From: Podarcis tiliguerta
Lineage: Eukaryota
Assembly: GCA_965153285.1 (NCBI GenBank)
Contig: OZ229110.1
Strand: one strand, 5' to 3'
Length of the DNA stretch: 64,000 bases
Shown here piece by piece: positions 61,369 through 64,000 of this stretch (the stretch's first letter is position 1; each line of letters starts with the position of its first letter). A program made the translations under genes and the position numbers. Below the pieces are notes generated by a model. It searched no databases. It worked only from the letters and a program-made list of their open reading frames with translations, and was not told the DNA's origin.

Positions 61369-61548
61369 TATTGTGAATTTTTGCATAGCACACACACACA
61401 CACAAGTTGTGATATATTGCTCGGTCATTTATTTTGAAATGGTTATCACGATGTCTAGAAACCGGTTTGGGGTAATATATCAATATAGCACCCAGCCCTA
61501 CATGTCACCTGGCAACACTTGTGAAAAATTCCAAAGTAGTTTTCTTAC

Positions 61549-61815
61549 CATGAACTTTCAGCTTGCCGGTTGTCTGACTGCTAGGAAGTTTGCAGGTGTA
61601 TGCTGCTGCATCGTCAAGACTAGCATTGTGGATGACCAAAATTCTCTTCCGGCCATCAGCAATCTGTTCATATCTACCACCTTCAGGCAACTCTTCATCG
61701 CCTTTGAACCAAGTTACTTCTGCATCGGGCTTGGAAACTTCACAAATCAATTTGACAGTGTCTGTTTCACTTGCTTCCACATTGGGAAGTTTTTTGGTAA
61801 AGACAGCTTCCTCTT
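61549..61815 (-). CDS. TTN: TTN exon ~245, Ig
   Basis: GT-AG, 267 nt, EEEAVFTKKLPNVE. Confidence 0.93.
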
Positions 61816-61915
61816 CTGTAAAAAGAAAAAAGAAGAAAATAGTTGTATTTGATCACAACAGCGACCAAGCCATTGCTCTTTCATGTAAATGCAACAAACT
61901 TGATTCTAGCTTTAC

Positions 61916-62084
61916 CTATCACTGTCAGCATGCCAGAGGTTCTGGCTCCTTTTGCTTCACATGCGTATTCTGCCTCATCATCAAGCAGACATTTGTTGAT
62001 AACAAGTATTCTCTGGGCACCTTTAGCAATGATGTCAAACTTCTTGCCTTTTCTGATTTCAACACCATCCCTAAACCACCGTGC
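61916..62084 (-). CDS. TTN: TTN exon ~244, Ig C-part
   Basis: GT-AG, 169 nt, ARWFRDGVEIRKGKK. Confidence 0.92.
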
Positions 62085-62566
62085 CTATATTTAAAATAGT
62101 GATAAAAATCAAGTTGAACAGAATGCAAAGAAGAGATACTGCAATATCAACTGAAGCAGTAACTGAGAAATTGAAATATATAATTACTGACTGTATTAGA
62201 TTAAAGCATGCCTGGATGACATTTTAAGCTAAACCATAAACCAATATTCCACAGTGAATATAGATGCACTCCCTATGAACATGTCAAATGGTGCACATTT
62301 TACTGCAATTATTTTTCATCTAAACCCAGAAATCAGTTGCAAGCATGAGAGTACTGGATCCATTGTTCGTTCCAATTCGGCCGTTTGGAAGTTGCACATG
62401 TGGAGATGAATTAGAAAATTGACGATGGTGCCAATCACCTATTGGAAAGGGCATAGGATTTGGCTCTATAACCAAAGTAAAATATGTAGACAGAATCTAC
62501 ATTCAGATAGGTGTGTTTTATTTTCATTGGCAGTACTGGTTTTTGTTATTAAGGTTCTGGAAGTCT

Positions 62567-62790
62567 GCTTACCCCCTTTTTAGGAGGGCGGCAGCTTTGT
62601 GGGACGACCAGCACTCCCCCCCCCTGCTGCCGATGCAGGACTGCGTGTGGTGAGCTGATCCCAGCCAGAGCGAGAGCTTCAGCTCACACTCACAACTTGA
62701 AATCCTGTTCCGCGTCAGCCTGCTGAATTGGCCAATGGCAGGCTGGTATGGAGGGTTGAGCTCTCTGGGGGTGGGCGTGAGGGAACAATC
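62567..62790 (-). promoter_or_regulatory. Candidate internal promoter and non-coding first exon
   Basis: GC/CpG-rich block in an AT-rich intron: GC box, palindromic CCAAT, CRE half-site, ATG-free segment ending GGGG|GTAAGC. Confidence 0.45.
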
Positions 62791-63221
62791 AGGCTATGAG
62801 AATCCTTAAGGACCCATGCCTCAGATCCATATTTCCACATCGTGGCAGCCCTAAGAAAGCTACTCAGGTGCCAGTCTGATCCTTGAAAAGCAAATGGGTG
62901 GGAAGGGTGCTCAGAGGCTTTGAGGGCACCTAAGGAAATCAATCTTATGGGGTGAAAAAGATGAAGCTGCTTAGGTACCACGCTGGCAACCGAAGATTTA
63001 TAGTAAGGAGCTAGTGAAGGTTGGACTGAATGATGTAGGCAACCTAGATCATCTTTTGGTTTGAGCTATTAGTAGCCACGATTTCCACCTTCTAAATGCT
63101 TTGGGCTGCCCTAGTACTAGAAAAATAGTAAATGTTTCCTGGTGGCTATAATAAATGCTTTGAGATTCTGTGCAAAAGCTATTGACAAGGGCAAATATTA
63201 AGAGACACAAACATTACACAC

Positions 63222-63319
63222 CTGAACATTTGGTCGGGAAATTTCACATTCAAACCGAGCAACTTCTTTTTCTTTAACTTCAATATCCGTAAGGGGCTTT
63301 GTGAACTCAACATGAGGTG
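63222..63319 (-). CDS. TTN: TTN exon ~243, Ig N-part
   Basis: GT-AG, 98 nt, PPHVEFTKPLTDIE. Confidence 0.92.
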
Positions 63320-63614
63320 CTATAAGAAAAGAAAAATTATTTCCAGTTTGAAAACGATCTCTTTTTTTCTTATCTGTGAATCTCAATTTATAGCAATGGC
63401 CTTAGTTATAATAATTTATTCTAATAGAGTTATGATAAAGTAGAGGTTCCCACTTTTGTGGATGAAAGAAAAAGCCCAACCCACTTAAGTCAAAGGTCTG
63501 CTTGTTTTACAGCACCATCAGACTGACCTACCCATATATCTGCAACATGCCTACCTTTGGAATCATGGAAACAAGTATCTATGTCTTTATAAGGAAATTA
63601 TGAGTAAAACTTAC

Positions 63615-63881
63615 GTTCAACGTTCAAGAAACAAGACGTCTTGAAATCTTTAGAATCGCATGTGTACGTTTTAGCATCATCCAGTGTGCAGCCGTGAATG
63701 ATAAGTTTTCTGACTCTGCCATCAGCAATTATATCATATTTCTTTGTCTTGTGGATTTCTTGGCCATTCTTGAACCATTTCACTGGTGCATTTTCTCTGG
63801 ATACTTCACACTCCAGAACTGCAGTAGCTTCCTCCTCTACAGTCTGGTCCTCAAGAGGCTTAGTAAACTCAACAGGTGGTT
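63615..63881 (-). CDS. TTN: TTN exon ~242, Ig
   Basis: GT-AG, 267 nt, EPPVEFTKPLEDQ. Confidence 0.93.
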
Positions 63882-64000
63882 CTGAGGACAGGGAGGAAAA
63901 AACCCCCACAAATCATGTTGGTGCTATATGCATCATTTTTTCCTCCCAAGAGATTGAAAAGCTAGCTATCATTCTGATCTTTTTAAAAGACTGAGTTATG

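Larger units (their letters stand above)
60789..61500. mobile_element. Non-autonomous hAT transposon carrying nested insertions
   Basis: TIRs TAGGACTGGGTG / CACCCAGCCCTA; perfect 8-bp TSD CATGTCAC at 60781-60788 and 61501-61508. Confidence 0.85.
1..64000 (-). other. TTN: Titin gene, partial (distal I-band, I/A junction, D-zone and start of C-zone of A-band); both gene ends lie outside the window
   Basis: 85 exons with GT-AG boundaries that join in frame; Ig and FN3 domains in titin's 7- and 11-domain super-repeat order; peptides closely match human titin as recalled. Confidence 0.99.

Noticed and set aside
61813-61818. NAGNAG tandem acceptor (CAG/AAG) at exon ~245
   Set aside because: Would change a single Glu in a linker; common and unsupported without RNA data
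8882-63614. Non-canonical (GC-AG, AT-AC) introns, frameshifts or pseudogenisation
   Set aside because: All boundaries I read are GT-AG and phases match between neighbouring exons
826-63994. Numerous + strand ORFs of 60-200 aa (e.g. 1753-2307, 8197-8775, 23714-24241)
   Set aside because: They are antisense shadows of titin exons, recur at equivalent FN3/Ig positions, and have no independent domain signature
63882-64000. Known Cronos internal promoter
   Set aside because: By exon count it should lie about two exons further upstream, beyond the window; no supporting signal in these 119 nt

Overview
This window is vertebrate genomic DNA lying entirely inside the titin gene (TTN) on the - strand. 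I read 85 GT-AG-bounded coding exons that join in one continuous frame. They run from the distal I-band tandem Ig domains (right end), through the I/A junction and all six 7-domain D-zone super-repeats, into the 11-domain C-zone super-repeats. The window ends partway through the giant A-band exon (1-8881), which runs off the left edge. Exon order and phases, and the sizes I can recall, correspond one-to-one to human TTN meta-transcript exons ~242-326; that numbering is from memory and not database-checked. The introns carry squamate repeats: Sauria SINEs, a Squam3-type SINE with a (CTT)n tail, L2/CR1/RTE/L1 fragments, Tc1/mariner- and hAT-type MITEs, and solo LTRs. These point to a lizard, probably a lacertid (inference). 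No prokaryotic-type system is present. The best leads are: (i) a GC-rich promoter-like segment ending in a consensus splice donor at ~62570-62790, a candidate internal first exon distinct from the known Cronos start; (ii) a recent ~1.7 kb non-autonomous L1-type insertion with an 18-bp TSD, whose CpG-rich 5' end, splice donor and poly(A) signal all point in the TTN sense direction; (iii) a solo LTR with an ORF open from its edge; (iv) a 30-nt microexon, a stop-free in-frame 90-nt intron and an extended CTCF motif. All functional interpretations are untested inferences.
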